Assembly: GCA_950097015.1 (NCBI GenBank)
Contig: CATNEN010000003.1
Location: 3,224,001-3,288,000 of the forward strand
Direction of reading: 5' to 3'
Length of the DNA stretch: 64,000 nt
Source of the DNA: Macrostomum hystrix
Lineage: Eukaryota > Animalia > Platyhelminthes
Below, piece after piece: positions 22,601 to 34,290 of this stretch. The notes beneath the pieces are model-generated. The model worked only from the letters and a program-made list of their open reading frames with translations. It did not search any database and was not told the DNA's origin. The stretch's first letter is position 1, and every line of letters starts with the position of its first letter. The translations under genes were made by a program, and so were the position numbers.

Positions 22601-25600
22601 ACATGGCTGCACACGCTATACTCCGAGGCATTAGTAAACTTGGTAAAATCCAATGAAATAGTGAACAGTAAAAATGGGTCTGGCTAGTGACTAGTTTAAC
22701 GTGAGAAAAAATAAATTTGCGTCTCGAGTTGATTGGGTGAAGGAAGTCTGTGGAATAAACAAATAAAACTGTGAACTGAACGACTGTCGACACCGGTCAA
22801 AAAAAGAAATATAGGATAGGAAAGATGTGCTTTGTTAGGGTCAGATTCGTGACGCAAATAATTAACGAAATAATTAATGGCCTGCGTTTTCCTAATGCAA
22901 TTGGCCAATTTTTTACAACTAACCTGCCCTGACTGGGTGATAATAGGTAAACTTGGCGTTTGCTGAAATTTAAATATTAATAGTACAAGTTGGTTACAAA
23001 AGTAACATGTGGAATGTTGTAACATCAGTCACAGTCGTGACTGAAGTGCGATTAACTTTCAATCGGCGCCAGGTTTTTTAACACCTTGCACACACACCTA
23101 ATTATCCCGTAAACGCATCTGATTAGCTGAAAACACATCTGATTACATTTTAGACCCCTGATTATCCAATAAGCACTTAATTATCAAGTAAACACACCTG
23201 AACATTGGATAAACACACCTGAAAACTGGATTTGCACACCTGACTACCGGATAAACACACCTGAATCCCGGATAAGCACATATAAATACCAGATAAACAC
23301 ATAGAAATACCAGATAAACACATAGAAATACTAGATAAACACACAGCTAACTTAATAAACACACATGTATATTCGATAAACACACCTGAATACCGGATAA
23401 ACACACCAGCTAACCTAATAAACACACCAGCTAACCTAATAAACACACCAGCTAACCTAATAAACACACCTGACTACCGGGTAAACACACATAAATACAG
23501 GATAAACACATCCGTCTTCCGGATAAACACCTACTTACCTAACAAACGCATAAGATTGTTCAGTAAACCACAATGCAACAAACATGATTAATCAATTAAT
23601 CAATCAATAAAATTAGTAAACTCACGCGGCGTATCCGGCCTAAGGTCTTCCACGCCGAGTTTGACAGGTCGCATGCCCATGGCTGGTATCATGCCCATAT
23701 CGCGAACATTTTCGTATTTCTTTAGCTTTCTGTCTCGCTGAGACACAATCAAATTCTCGGTGCGCCTTCGCTGACTGTCCGCGTAGCCCTGCTTGTGTCG
23801 GCGAACCTTTTCAACTTCGTCATCCTCGTAGGCGTAGTCGGGATCGACAAAACTATGTCGCTTCATTCTGGTGAACAGCGTGCTGGAGAGGGCATAGTCA
23901 GTAAGATGCAATTGATCAGTCAACAAGACATTCAATAAGATTTTAAGGCTTACAGTGGTTCTGGGGTAGATAGAGTGGTTCTGGGGTAGATAGAGTGGTT
24001 CTGGGGTAGATAGAGTGGTTCTGGAAAAGATAGAGTGGTTCTGGGGTAGATAGAGTGGTTCTGGGGTAGATAGAGTGGTTCTGGAAAAGATAGAGTGGTT
24101 CTGAGGTAGATAGAGTGGTTCTGGGGTAGATAGAGTGGTTCTGGGGTAGATAGAGTGGTTCTGGAAAAGATAGAGTGGTTCTGAGGTAGATAGAATGTTT
24201 ATGGGATAGATGGGCAATACAGAAGGGTTACTCTGAGCTCACCAATAATCCACATGCCGCTCGGACGGTCTTATACTGGCTGCCCTATCGTTGGGAAACG
24301 CTATTCTAGAATTTCCGATAGCAACTGCGGCATCAGCCGATAGAGAGGCCGCGTGCCGATGCAGACGAGCTTCGGTGTGAGCAACGAGAGCGGCTAGTGG
24401 CGGCCGAACTGGCCTGTCGTGCAGCTCGTTGAATTTGGTCTCAGCACAGAGGCCAACCTCGTTGGCCACCAGGGGATTGATGCCGGGGTTAAACCTACCC
24501 GGCGGCTGCGTGACAAACACGCGACAGGAACCCGACAGTCGCATGAATACCTGCGGGAGACGGGCGGTTGGCCAACTTTAGTTTGAGAGATGAGAGTTGA
24601 GACACAACAGAGACTAGAGAGAGATATGAGATGAGACACAACAGAGACTAGAGAGATGTAAGATGAGACACCACAGAGACTAGGGAGAGATGAGAGTGAG
24701 ACACCACAGAGACTAGGGAGAGATGAGAGTGAGACACCACAGAGACTAGGGAGAGATGAGAGTGCGTGTCACTCACCGAGTGAATGACGTCGAGTTTTCG
24801 AGTCAGCGGATCTCGTCTATCGTCGGCCACCTCGCCCAAGATGCAGATCTCCAGCTGGACGTCGAAATCGCCGAATTGTCTAGGGCAGAAAGTCACGCTG
24901 ACGGGCAGTTCCCGTCCCGGTTCAATCTGGCCCCGCTCCGGGCTGGCGTTGAAGTGGGCAATTTTGCGGAATGCGAACATAACTGGCAGGCCGTCCTCTG
25001 TTTGGTTGGCCAATGTGAATGCCGCATCGGATGGAGTGTTCAGCTGCACGGGGCCGAAGTCAAGCTCCGGCTTAGGCGACACGTGCAGCATGATGGGCAG
25101 TGCGGTGCCTGTCAGGGCCACCTCTAGCTGAGTTCTGTGCGAGTCTGGCGATGCAGAATCTAGAAATTTCACATTTTTAGTTTGATTTCTGTCGGTACTT
25201 CAGGAAGGTTTCAGTAGCAGTTTTCTTTGGTACTTCAGGGAAGTTTTAGGTGGGTGTTTTCTGAGTTCTTCAGGGAGGTTTCAGGTGGGTGTTTTCTCGG
25301 TACTTCAGGGAGGTTTCAGGTGCCTGTTTTCTCGGTACTTCAGGAAGGTTTCAGTTGGCTGTTTTCTTCGGTACTTCAGGAAGGTTTCAGGTGCCCGTTT
25401 TCTTCGGTACTTCAGGAAGGTTTCAGGTGGGTGTTTTCCAGGTACTTCAGGGAGATTTCAGGTGGCTGTTTTCTTTTGTACTTCAGGGAGGTTTCAGTTG
25501 GCTGTTTTTGGTACTTCAGGGAGTATAAATTGTTTTTTGTCCATTTTAACTTCCAAAATCATCCAGAGACTCAATGGAAGCACTCACCAGTTTGGGTGCC

Positions 25601-27999
25601 AACCAGTTGAATGTACATGAACAGTGCAAACTCCTGCTTTGGCGGACTGTCCTCCGTTGTGTGAAATGATCTCTTAGATTTGTACCATCTCGGGCTGAAC
25701 CTAAAGCATACTAGAGCCTTCTGGTAGGGCGCTATCGTGCCCTGGTTTGGTATCATGCAGACCAAAGAGGTCAGGGGATTGGTACACTCCTTGGCCTCAG
25801 ATAAGTTCGACGACTTGTTTACTGGACCCTGTGAATGGAGATTGGGATTTGTACTGTCTAACAGGTTGATGAGCGACTGTCTAACAGGTTGATGAGCGAC
25901 TGTCTAACAGGTTGATGAGCGACTGTCTAACAGGTTGATGAGCGACTGTCTAACAGGTTGATGAGCGACTGTCTAACAGGTTGATGAGCGACTGTCTAAC
26001 AGGTTGATGAGCGACTGTCTAACAGGTTGATGAGCGACTGTCTAACAGGTTGATGAGCGACTGTCTAACAGGTTGATGAGCGACTGTGTCTAACAGGTTA
26101 TTGAGCGACTGTCTAACAGGTTAAAGTTAGCGCTTGGAAGATGCCGCATCTACAAAAGTATTTCGATAAAAAGGTTCAGAACATGGTCTCACCGACTCCT
26201 GTCCGATGGCATTTTCCTCCAGTATTGACACGAAGCTCACTGGCTCTGGCGCATTGTTGAACAGCACGGCAGCTTCGGTTTTGTCTGTGCCATAGAACGC
26301 GGAGCCGAATTGTACGCACGGCATCGGCTCGCCAGTGGCCGGGTTCAGTAGCTCCAATTGGCGTTCGACAATGTCGCCGAAAACAGCGATTTTCTGCGGC
26401 TCAGGCCGGCCTTGCAGCACGGCGGTGACTACTTCGTGGAATTCGCCGGGATCTTTGGTGATGTAGTCGAACTGTTTTGCGAATAGGTATTATGAATGCG
26501 TTTATAATTGATTACACTGCCCCAATTGGGCCAGATGTGCAGCCGACAGCACAGCCGCAGCTATTGTGCGTCGCTTCTGAAGGCTGCGTACGGCTGTTCA
26601 GTCCATGGACTGGGGGGACGCGCACCCACCCTCAATTGCCCCAGCTAATGCTGGTACTCATTTAACAGCTGGGTGAACTAAATCAATGTGTAGTTAAGTG
26701 TCTTAAAGATCACAGATTGTTTTAGTGGAATAGGAAATCGAACCCCCGGCCTTCTAGTCCCAAGTCCGGTGGTCTAACCGCTACGCTACAACCACCTACT
26801 TGGCCATGAGTACATTTATTTAAATGTATGATCTGACTCACCCGAACCGGCAGCACAGACTTCGGCGGAATCGATCCGTGCGGCGGCAGTATGGACAATG
26901 GCCGATCGCCGTTGTATTCAAAACGAAATTCGCCAGGTTTTGAGCCGCGATTGTATAGCTTCACGTTGGTTGTGACCACTTTGTTGGCTACAACAACAAC
27001 TCCAAAGCTGACACTGTCGGAGATTTCCAGAACTGGCTGACGCGGCATACCTTGAACTGGTACCTGCAATAGTACCGATTTAATGACAAAATACATTTCT
27101 TGATAGTGATTGTTTACTTGGAATTCCATCATCTTAGTTGTCACTGTTTGTCTTTGACTTTTTTAAATCAATCGCATATAAAATAAACTAAATGACGTCA
27201 AATTTACCTGTACAACTTCGCCATCAACGGTAACAATTAGACGGTCACTCTGGGTGTTCTCATCAGTTGGCGTGTACTCGACGTAGGCCGAGTGGTCCAA
27301 GCCTGAGGCGACATTCTTATCGTGCTCCTTAACTTTCAGAGTGAAAATCTAAAATGAATAAATTAAAATAAATAAGTAACATAATATAAACATCGTCCGA
27401 ATATTAATAAGAACACAATTACTAACATCAAAAATGAGTTTATGATAGTTCTAACCAGAGTAATATGTCTCTCATTAATTACTTATAGTAAACATGAGCA
27501 TGTGTTTGAGATGGCAACAGCTTTTTATAAATAAAAGCCTATATACATATGTTTATGTATCTTTATTATCTCTAGTAAATGACAAGCATCACAAATCTTA
27601 TTCAGAAAGATAATGAATCCAATTTTCATTAGAGCATCACTACATAGTATTTAGAACTGAAAACATGCATATAGCTAACGAATGAGCTACATTAGAAAAT
27701 TGTTATGATGAAAAATCAATCGACATGTCAATAAGAAAGAAACAAAAAGGTTTTTTTAATTCTTTTAAAAAATATAGAGCACTTAGATTGCATAGAATTA
27801 CAAAAAATATAACTTTAACAATCTAAGCCAAAATTCTTGGCATCCTTACTTTATTCTGTGGGGCGTAGAATCGAATTGTCCTCGTCTTTTCGCTAATATT
27901 TTTCACTGAAACAAGGCATTTCTGAGAAACACCAACATCGCAGTCGAAAAACTGGATTATCCCAGGGTTTATTCTCACACCCTGGATGTCAACAGCCAT
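7662..27999 (-). CDS. CFAP47: Cilia- and flagella-associated protein 47 (ASH/Ig-like repeats plus calponin-homology domain), 22 exons, about 3300 aa
   Basis: Exons read by eye with GT-AG junctions in consistent phase: 27999-27850, 27348-27208, 27063-26842, 26471-26193, 25828-25588, 25159-24777, 24550-24243, 23882-23626, 22567-21150, 21066-19634, 19423-18766, 18328-18151, 17919-16768, 16377-16094 (alternative in-frame acceptor at 16452), 15591-15468, 15239-14610, 11450-11152, 11057-10685, 10442-9868, 9772-9369, 8836-8665, 7892-7662. The sum is 9912 nt, divisible by 3. Peptides match my recollection of CFAP47 (SFGVVVVANKV, QFGSAFYG...FNNAPEP, PNQGTIAPYQK, ERILLAWLN, NFDHDLLDGLVLA, TADNCLLTLYPF). 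Confidence 0.92.
9085..9250 (-). mobile_element. SINE family A, internally deleted copy in a CFAP47 intron
   Basis: GGGCCAGATGTGCAGCCGACAGCACAG 3' part joined to the tRNA head (GAATCGAAACCCCGACCTT). Confidence 0.8.
12007..13887 (+). CDS. Divergent TRP-family (TRPV-like) cation channel, 626 aa, intronless ORF, nested antisense in CFAP47 intron 16
   Basis: Long non-repetitive ORF. Degenerate ankyrin-like N-terminus (GFNGYHVL, LRPLDWGIFRGHVRVVEKLM) and about six hydrophobic segments. S5 (FANFLLCYILLLCIFARLF), pore helix (FAESFYQSFLLTLN) and S6 (ILLVPTLFINFVTGLLSSVVSD) follow the TRPV layout. Confidence 0.75.
   Translation: MQNFYKVNPASVTAKWKLKADNANDIKDFVNEKQWPLLIKCLLSDDAAALRRFSERLDTNWCKFVLSWDTNWKLRKCGQEFQRHQLRAFGPMKDHPYPTNVFLMAIMFNAKRCCKFIKQSAQGLDLAEVTEYGFNGYHVLFLGLHVLWPEEAHEYFNEQIDYMRFYLTDLFTSDQVARMSHSPNCLALRPLDWGIFRGHVRVVEKLMYMSHTLDSKAIVAGVMEHVQIDLSFSVSTSLKRNLTGLAIMSDLYGETNLANLKALGIFRRPLLIGPWIDAVFWRNTWLLIVYFVERLVHCALSLIFFNYEVGNSIIEKCKSGTGADSALPAGFLITIGYSLFASLWQTISSVLGERRKQCYRQSKGYQSFRRVGIRDALRWQLPYLISAANAVTIIYLAISPHLACSTLGTDHLRSIIGCLMLIYVLANILSVLLLSRLIMFMSKFINSFYKSFSMFANFLLCYILLLCIFARLFQASGRFVSPIDSSSTISSSCNGSQSDQRYLNFAESFYQSFLLTLNVVNTGTFSPLPDRVDLLVTHFVFILLVPTLFINFVTGLLSSVVSDTMDHDVEALYLLKLNFGEFAETTYFWLYRLIDRIRGSESKLVISLCMPLHLDSKSMFDIKETL
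13912..14480 (+). mobile_element. SINE family A copy interrupted by a SINE family B insertion
   Basis: The A head and body (13912 to about 14065) resume after the B element as TGTGGTACCCTCCCTCAGTCCATGGATTGAAC (14447-14478). Confidence 0.75.
14087..14446 (+). mobile_element. SINE family B, near full-length (tRNA head, structured body, ATT tail)
   Basis: A box TGGCAGAGTGG, B box AGTTCGATTCC, and an ATTATTATT end. Homologous copies start at 15686, 15325, 3305 and 43095. Confidence 0.85.
15325..15432 (+). mobile_element. SINE family B 5' fragment
   Basis: GCGTTTGCCTCTCGCACCAAGGTCCCTGAG...GGAGAGAAGGCTTG shared with 14087-14446. Confidence 0.7.
15686..16012 (+). mobile_element. SINE family B copy
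   Basis: Colinear with 14087-14446 along almost its whole length. Confidence 0.85.
23090..23545. repeat. Degenerate minisatellite of about 20 bp (GATAAACACACCTGAATACCG-like) in a CFAP47 intron
   Basis: Recurrent ATAAACACA core. Confidence 0.85.
23953..24200. repeat. Minisatellite, 20 bp (TAGAGTGGTTCTGGGGTAGA)
   Basis: Visible periodicity. Fills most of a CFAP47 intron. Confidence 0.95.
24585..24765. repeat. Short purine-rich tandem repeat of about 30 bp (GAGAGATGAGAGTGAGACACCACAGAGACTAG)
   Basis: Visible tandem copies between two CFAP47 exons. Confidence 0.85.
25192..25522. repeat. Minisatellite of about 35 bp (GGTACTTCAGGAAGGTTTCAGGTGGGTGTTTTCT-like)
   Basis: Visible tandem copies in a CFAP47 intron. 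Confidence 0.9.
25853..26122. repeat. Minisatellite, 23 bp (TGTCTAACAGGTTGATGAGCGAC)
   Basis: Near-perfect tandem copies. Confidence 0.96.
26503..26793 (-). mobile_element. SINE family A, full-length copy
   Basis: Reverse complement of 7251-7558 from head to tail. Confidence 0.88.
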
Positions 28000-30116
28000 C
28001 TCAATTTAAATGGAAGACAGTCATGCGTATACAAGTGCACACGGTAGAAAAAATTTAAATGGAACCCAATGCAGTTAAAAAGGCAATCATTTGCAGGGAT
28101 ACGTAGCAACTAAAAGATATAGCATAAATAGGTACAAATAATATTTAAAAGCTAAACAAAATCATATTATGACATACGCTTATATTTATATTCTTTTTTA
28201 GTCTTTTTGTAGTAAAAAATTTGTTATACGCATTTTAACGTTTACCAATTTATTTTAAATAAAAGAGTCGTCGTAACTCTGTTCATAGAAAACTAAAAGT
28301 ACATTTATTGATTACACTCCCTTAGCTGAAGCACTCGTAAATAATCGCAGTCTTTTTATATTCATCGACGTTGAAATTTATTTTTAACTAACAAATTGAT
28401 AAACTGGTAAATTGCATATGGCTTACACTAGGCTAAGTATTAAAGTTTTTGTCAAAGTTACTGGGTTCCGGTACGGCGGTACCTAGTAAAATGGGCGATT
28501 TCTTAGTTTCCCGCGTTAAATTATTTTGTAAGCCTAGTGTTTCAGCACCGTAGCACTATCGACACGAAAGACTAGCCAAATTAATAAGCTTCTGCTTATC
28601 TTAAATTATACCTAGAACCTAGAAGCCATCGACATTGACTTATGACGTTGTATACATAGTAGGGCCTAAAGCTTAATTTCCAAAATCTATCTATCATAGA
28701 GTAGATGTAGCAAAAGCGTAGCTGTAGTATTTATACATCAGTTTTCAATCTTTATTGTTCTTATTCAATATTCACCTTTGTCACTACAGTCATAGATAGA
28801 CACCTTACACTGCTTGGTTACACATTGAGTCATTAAATTTATCATTTAATAAGCACATATGTGACCAGTCTTGATGGTGAACCATCTTGTCTTCTGTGCC
28901 TATAAGCAATAGGCCTATTACTAAATACACACTGCATAATTTTGAATTTATATCAAAACATAAAACTGCTTTGATAGGATTTGCTTTTTTGTTGGTTATC
29001 ACTAGGCTTATAGCCTATAGCCTGGCAGACTGCCAAGTCATACTATACCATGCCATGCTATATTACTTAATTAGCCTTTATACTATAATAATAGCTATTG
29101 GTTATTGTAGTTTTTTATTTTATTAGGACCTGTAAGCCAGTCTTTTATTCCAAATCATATTATTATTATTATTATATATATTAGCATAGCTATATAGGCC
29201 TATAGGATATATAGAAATATGTATATATATTTATATATTATTAAAATTGTTTAAATAGTTTTAATAAAATAGCAGCACCAGTGACACCACCTCTACATTT
29301 TTTTTATTTATTTAATACATAAACTGTAGTTATGCATGTATAGATAAGGTACACAGGCTCTTTTGCAGTTTTGCACATTCCATTTTTATATGTAAAGTGT
29401 ATGGTAACAAAGTGGAATAAAGTGATTACAATTTTTTAAATGATGCTAAACTCAACACGACATCAGATTTCAATGAAGGCTATTGCTAATAACTTGATTG
29501 ATGTCTATTATTATATTCTTCAAATTTGTAGGCCCACTTGAAAGCCAAGCTCCATGCCATACATGAAACATCAAAACCCTTTAATTGGCTTGACAAATTT
29601 ATTTTAATAATAATAAAAAATCACTTAATATGTGAAATTTTAAGATTGCCAGTACTTTCTTTTAGCATTAGTACAGTATAAGCTTATATCTTCCTAATTA
29701 TACTATATCATGTTATAAAATGTGTCCATGTATTTTAGTTCCTTATTACATTCTATGTAAGCAGTGCACAAAAATAAATCAAGCTATATTCTTCACTTTG
29801 GATCATGTGGATTATACCAGAAATTTTTTAAATAATTTTTTTAGCTAAAATTTCTTTTGTATAGTTTGTGTAGAAGTCAGTATCAGTTTTCTGGTGTAAA
29901 CTGGGCATAGTTTGAGTTAACTGAATGTTGCTATAACTAGTTGGAGTAAAATGCTAATTCTTAATAAAAAAGACAAATGACCTATTCGACCAAGGCTTAT
30001 AAAAGATAAAATGCATCATTGCAGGCCACCGAATTTGCGCTAAGCTGGTTGCAACTGACAGACACTACCTATTATTATTTAGACCTTGTCACTTTAATTA
30101 GCGATACACACAGGCG

Positions 30117-32947
30117 ATGGGTTCGACAAACTCTTTGCTAACTATCGGTCGAGGTAATCCACATAGCAACTACACAGCTGCTAAGCGTAGCGCCTCATCA
30201 GCTAACGCAGGTAAGCAACAAAAGAAACAGCAACAACAGCAATCTACACCAACGACTAACGGTTCAACTAGTCTAGCTAGATCGAAAAGTTGCAGCAATG
30301 CCAATTTCGGAAAGCAGCCACCCACCCAGAAGCAGCAGGAGGCGACAGAAGCAGCGAATGGTTCAACCAACGGCACCCAATGGCACAAAGTATCCAATGG
30401 CAACTACGCAGCAGAGCCTAAGCAGACTCCTGCTTCTTCTGCGACATCTTTGCAAAAGCAGACTATAGTGCAGCAGCAGCAGCCGCCGCCAATAGATGGC
30501 GGTTTAGTTGGCTTAAACAATCTAGGAAACACCTGCTATATGAATAGCATTCTGCAGTGTTTAAGTCACACTGAGCCTCTGTTACGTCATTTTGTATTAG
30601 ATAGGCGACAGACGACTGATAAGATTGGCGGCTCTAGCAATAGCGGTTTGGCTAAGGCCTACTGCAATCTGATGCAAAGAATGTGGTCTGCTTCTAGCAG
30701 CACCGGTGGCACCTCCAGTACAAGTCCTAGCGAACTGAAGCAATGCGTGGCGCAATACGCGCCTAGATTTCGCGGTTACAGTCAGCAGGATGCTCAGGAA
30801 TTCCTGCGCTACCTATTAGAAGGCCTGCACGAGGATTTGAATCTGGTTACCGTGCGACCGAAATTGGAACCGATTGACTACGAACGATTAGACTTATTGC
30901 CGTGAGTCTTTACCATAGAAGGTTTTAGGTTCGAATCCCAACTTACAGATATTAACTAATAAGTTTGACTGACAGCTTCGAATTAGGTGTTTGCTTAAGT
31001 GGGATGCATTGAATGACAGGTGGGAATTAGGGATTAGCTAAGGTGATGCACTGAAGGATAGGTGTGAATTAGGGATTAGCTAAGGGGATGCACTGAAGGA
31101 CAGGTGGGAATTAGGGATTAGCTGAGGGGATGCACTGAAGGACAGGTGTGAATTAGGGATTAGCTAAGGGGATGCACTGAAGGACAGGTGGGAATTAGGG
31201 ATTAGCTGAGGGGATGCACTGAAGGACAGGTGGGAATTAGGGATTAGCTGAGGGTATGCACTGAAGGACAGGTGGGAATTAGGGATTAGCTAAGGGGATG
31301 CACTGAAGGACAGGTGGGAATTAGTGATTAGCTGAGGGTAACAGGTGTTAACTACTTTGTGAATCCAAGGGTATTTATCCCATCCCTTATTAACACTCCT
31401 CCCAGAGACGACGACAAAGCCGAAGAATTGTGGCAGCGCTACCTTATACAGGAGAACAGCGCCGTTGTTGACGCCTTCGTAGGCCAACTAAAATCTACCC
31501 TGGAGTGTTGCCATTGTTCGCACAAATCCGTCACATTTGATCCTTTCTGGGATTTGGCTCTGCCCATACCAGGGGTGAGTTGAGGTTTTTTCTTTTCTTT
31601 TTACATTTTTTACTTTTAAAAACCATTGAAGTCTACTGTCAGTAGAGTAGTGCGAGTATATAGCTAGATTGCTTTGCGAAATTTAATTAACAGAAGACGC
31701 GCACCACACTGGAGGCCTGCCTTAGACTGTTCACCTCCCAGGAGGCTCTGGACGGCAACGAGCGGCCAACCTGCGATCGCTGCCGATGCCGCAGAAAATG
31801 CGTCAAGCGTTTCTACTTGTATCGCCTGCCAAGCATCCTAGTTATTCATCTGATGCGATTCTCCGGCGAGAGATTCAAGACTAAACTAAACACGCTAGTT
31901 GAATACCCGATGGAGCTGAATGTTGCCGAATTTCTTGACAAGAGTGAGTCCTACTGATTTGCTACCTTTTGGGCTGGTTGATTCGCTGTTATTTGACCTT
32001 TAGGCCCCATTCAGCATCTCCTTCAGGTCCCATTCTTCAGGCTTCTTTAGCCTCTCCTTCAGGCCACATTCAGCCCTTTCTTCAGGCCATAAACAGCCTT
32101 TCTTCTGGCCACTTCAGTCCTTTCTTATGGCCACATCAGCCCTTTCTTCAGGCCACATTCAGCCCTTTCTTCAGGCCAAATTCAGCCCTTTCTTCAGGCC
32201 ACATTCAGCCCTTTCTTCAGGCCACATTCAGCCCTACCTTCAGGCCACTTCAGTCCTTTCTTCAGGCCACATTAAGCCCTTTTTTGAGGCCACATTCAGC
32301 CCTTTCTTCAGGCCACATTCAGCCCTTTCTTCAGGCCACATTCAGCCCTACCTTCAGGCCACATTCAGCCCTACCTTCAGGCCCCATTAAGCCCTTTCTT
32401 CAGGCCACATTCAGCCCTTTCTTCAGGCCCCATTAAGCCCTTTCTTCAGGCCACATTCAGCCCTTTCTTCAGGCCACATTCAGCCCTTTCTTCAGGCCAC
32501 ATTCAGCCCTTTCTTCAGGCCACATTCAGCCCTACCTTCAGTTATTTTCCAGGCCATTGATTATACAGTCCCAAATTATTGTTCTCCTTTTTAAAAGAGT
32601 GCCGACTGCGCCAGACGCCGCAGTATCGACTGTACGCAGTCAGCGAGCATTCGGGCACACCGTACGGCGGTCACTACACGGCCGCCGTTCGTCACGCCGG
32701 CAGCGGCCAGTGGCTAAGATACAATGACACCAAGGTTTTAGAGGCTTCTATGCCGTCCATTGTCAGCACTGAGGGCTACGTATTGTTCTATTCGCGTGTG
32801 GATTCGTCAAGTGCTGCTGCTGATGCTGCTGCCGCTGATGCTTCATCTACTCAAGAGAGTGATAGCGATGCCGATGAAGATAAGCCCAATGTGAAAGAAG
32901 ATGATGATTTGGCGACACCAGCGGCTAACAGTAAAGCGGCATTGTGA
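30117..32947 (+). CDS. Ubiquitin carboxyl-terminal hydrolase, USP2/USP21-like (C19 peptidase), about 517 aa. Exons 30117-30901, 31406-31574, 31694-31943, 32598-32947
   Basis: Cys box GLNNLGNTCYMNSILQCLS, YSQQDAQEFLRYLLEGLHEDLN, FVGQLKSTLEC..C..FDPFWDLALPIP, LDGNERPTCDRC, LVIHLMRF, and His box LYAVSEHSG...GGHYTA...YNDTKV...GYVLFY. Splice phases are consistent (1554 nt). Confidence 0.9.
30985..31340. repeat. Minisatellite, 42 bp (GGGAATTAGGGATTAGCTAAGGGGATGCACTGAAGGACAGGT) in USP intron 1
   Basis: Visible 42 bp periodicity. Confidence 0.93.
31995..32542. repeat. Minisatellite, 23 bp (ATTCAGCCCTTTCTTCAGGCCAC) in USP intron 3
   Basis: Visible periodicity. Confidence 0.95.
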
Positions 32948-33359
32948 GCCTGACTATTGTCCTACCTCGTATTGAAATAACATTAAAAAAATCACTTTTC
33001 TTGACATTTTTGTTTTAATCGCCGACTAAAAAGTTTTCATTTTTTAATTTGTAAAATTTTAAATGCGGCGCCATTTTGTAACTTTGTTAATCCCGAGTTT
33101 GTTAGTAAAATTAGTAAATTTAAAACTAAATTAACAGTTGTTTTTTTGTTTGCATGCAGCATATTTTGTTTATATTTTTATGGATATAAGCTTTGTTGTT
33201 CTACTAATTTGATGTCTAGCTGACACCTATAGATATATATATATATCAGTTACTGCTTCTGACGCTTAAAATCATACATCTATCTTAACTCTCTTCTCAT
33301 ATTTTCATTTTATCGCCTTCACTTTCTCATCCAGTTGTTTACTATATAATTATTCCCTA

Positions 33360-34290
33360 TTCTCTCCCCCGTCTTATCTCTACCCTATCTCTCTCGTCTC
33401 CACTCGTCTTATCTCCTCTTATGTCTCAGCTCTCCTCTGTCTCATGTCTCCCCCGTCTGATCTCTCCCGTGTCTCATCTCTCCCGTGTCTCATCTCTCCC
33501 GTGTCTCATCTCTCCTGTCTCATCTCTCCTGTCTTATCTCTTCTGTGTCTTATCTTTTCTGTGTCTCATCTCTCCCGTGTCTTATATCTCCCATGTCTCA
33601 TCTCTCCTGTCTTATCTCTCCCGTGTCTTATATCTCTCATGTCTCATCTCTCCCGTGTCTTATCTCTCCCGTGTCTTATATCTCCCATGTCTCATCTCTC
33701 CTGTCTCATCTCTCCCGTGTCTCATCTCTCCCATGTCTCATCTCTCCCGTGTCTTGTATCTCCCATGTCTCATCTCTCCCATGTCTCATCTCTCCCATGT
33801 CTCATCTCTCCTGTCTCATCTCTCCTGTGTTTCATCTCTCCCGTGTCTCATCTCTCCTGTCTTATCTCTCCCGTGTCTTATATCTCTCATGTCTCATCTC
33901 TCCCGTGTCTTATCTCTCCCGTGTCTTATATCTCCCATGTCTCATCTCTCCTGTCTCATCTCTCCCGTGTCTTGTATCTCCCATGTCTCATCTCTCCCAT
34001 GTCTCATCTCTCCCGTGTCTTGTATCTCCCATGTCTCATCTCTCCCATGTCTCATCTCTCCCATGTCTCATCTCTCCCGTGTCTTGTATCTCCCATGTCT
34101 CATCTCTCTCCTGTCTCATCTCTCCCGTGTCTTGTATCTCCCATGTCTCATCTCTCCCGTGTCTCATCTCTCCCATGACTCATCTCTCCCGTGTCTTGTA
34201 TCTCCCATGTCTCATCTCTCCCGTGTCTCATCTCTCCCGTGTCTCATCTCTCCCATGTCTCATCTCTCCCGTGTCTCATCTCTCTCCCCT
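33360..34290. repeat. Minisatellite, 16 bp (TCCCGTGTCTCATCTC). Same family as 50975-51810 and 58276-58655
   Basis: Visible periodicity. Same unit at three loci. Confidence 0.95.

Noticed and set aside
25853-26122. Regular repeats of CRISPR-like length (also the 28, 33 and 42 bp arrays)
   Set aside because: They are head-to-tail tandem units with no unique spacers and no cas genes, in a eukaryotic context.
30985-31340. TTAGGG in each 42 bp unit
   Set aside because: A single hexamer per unit is not an interstitial telomere tract.
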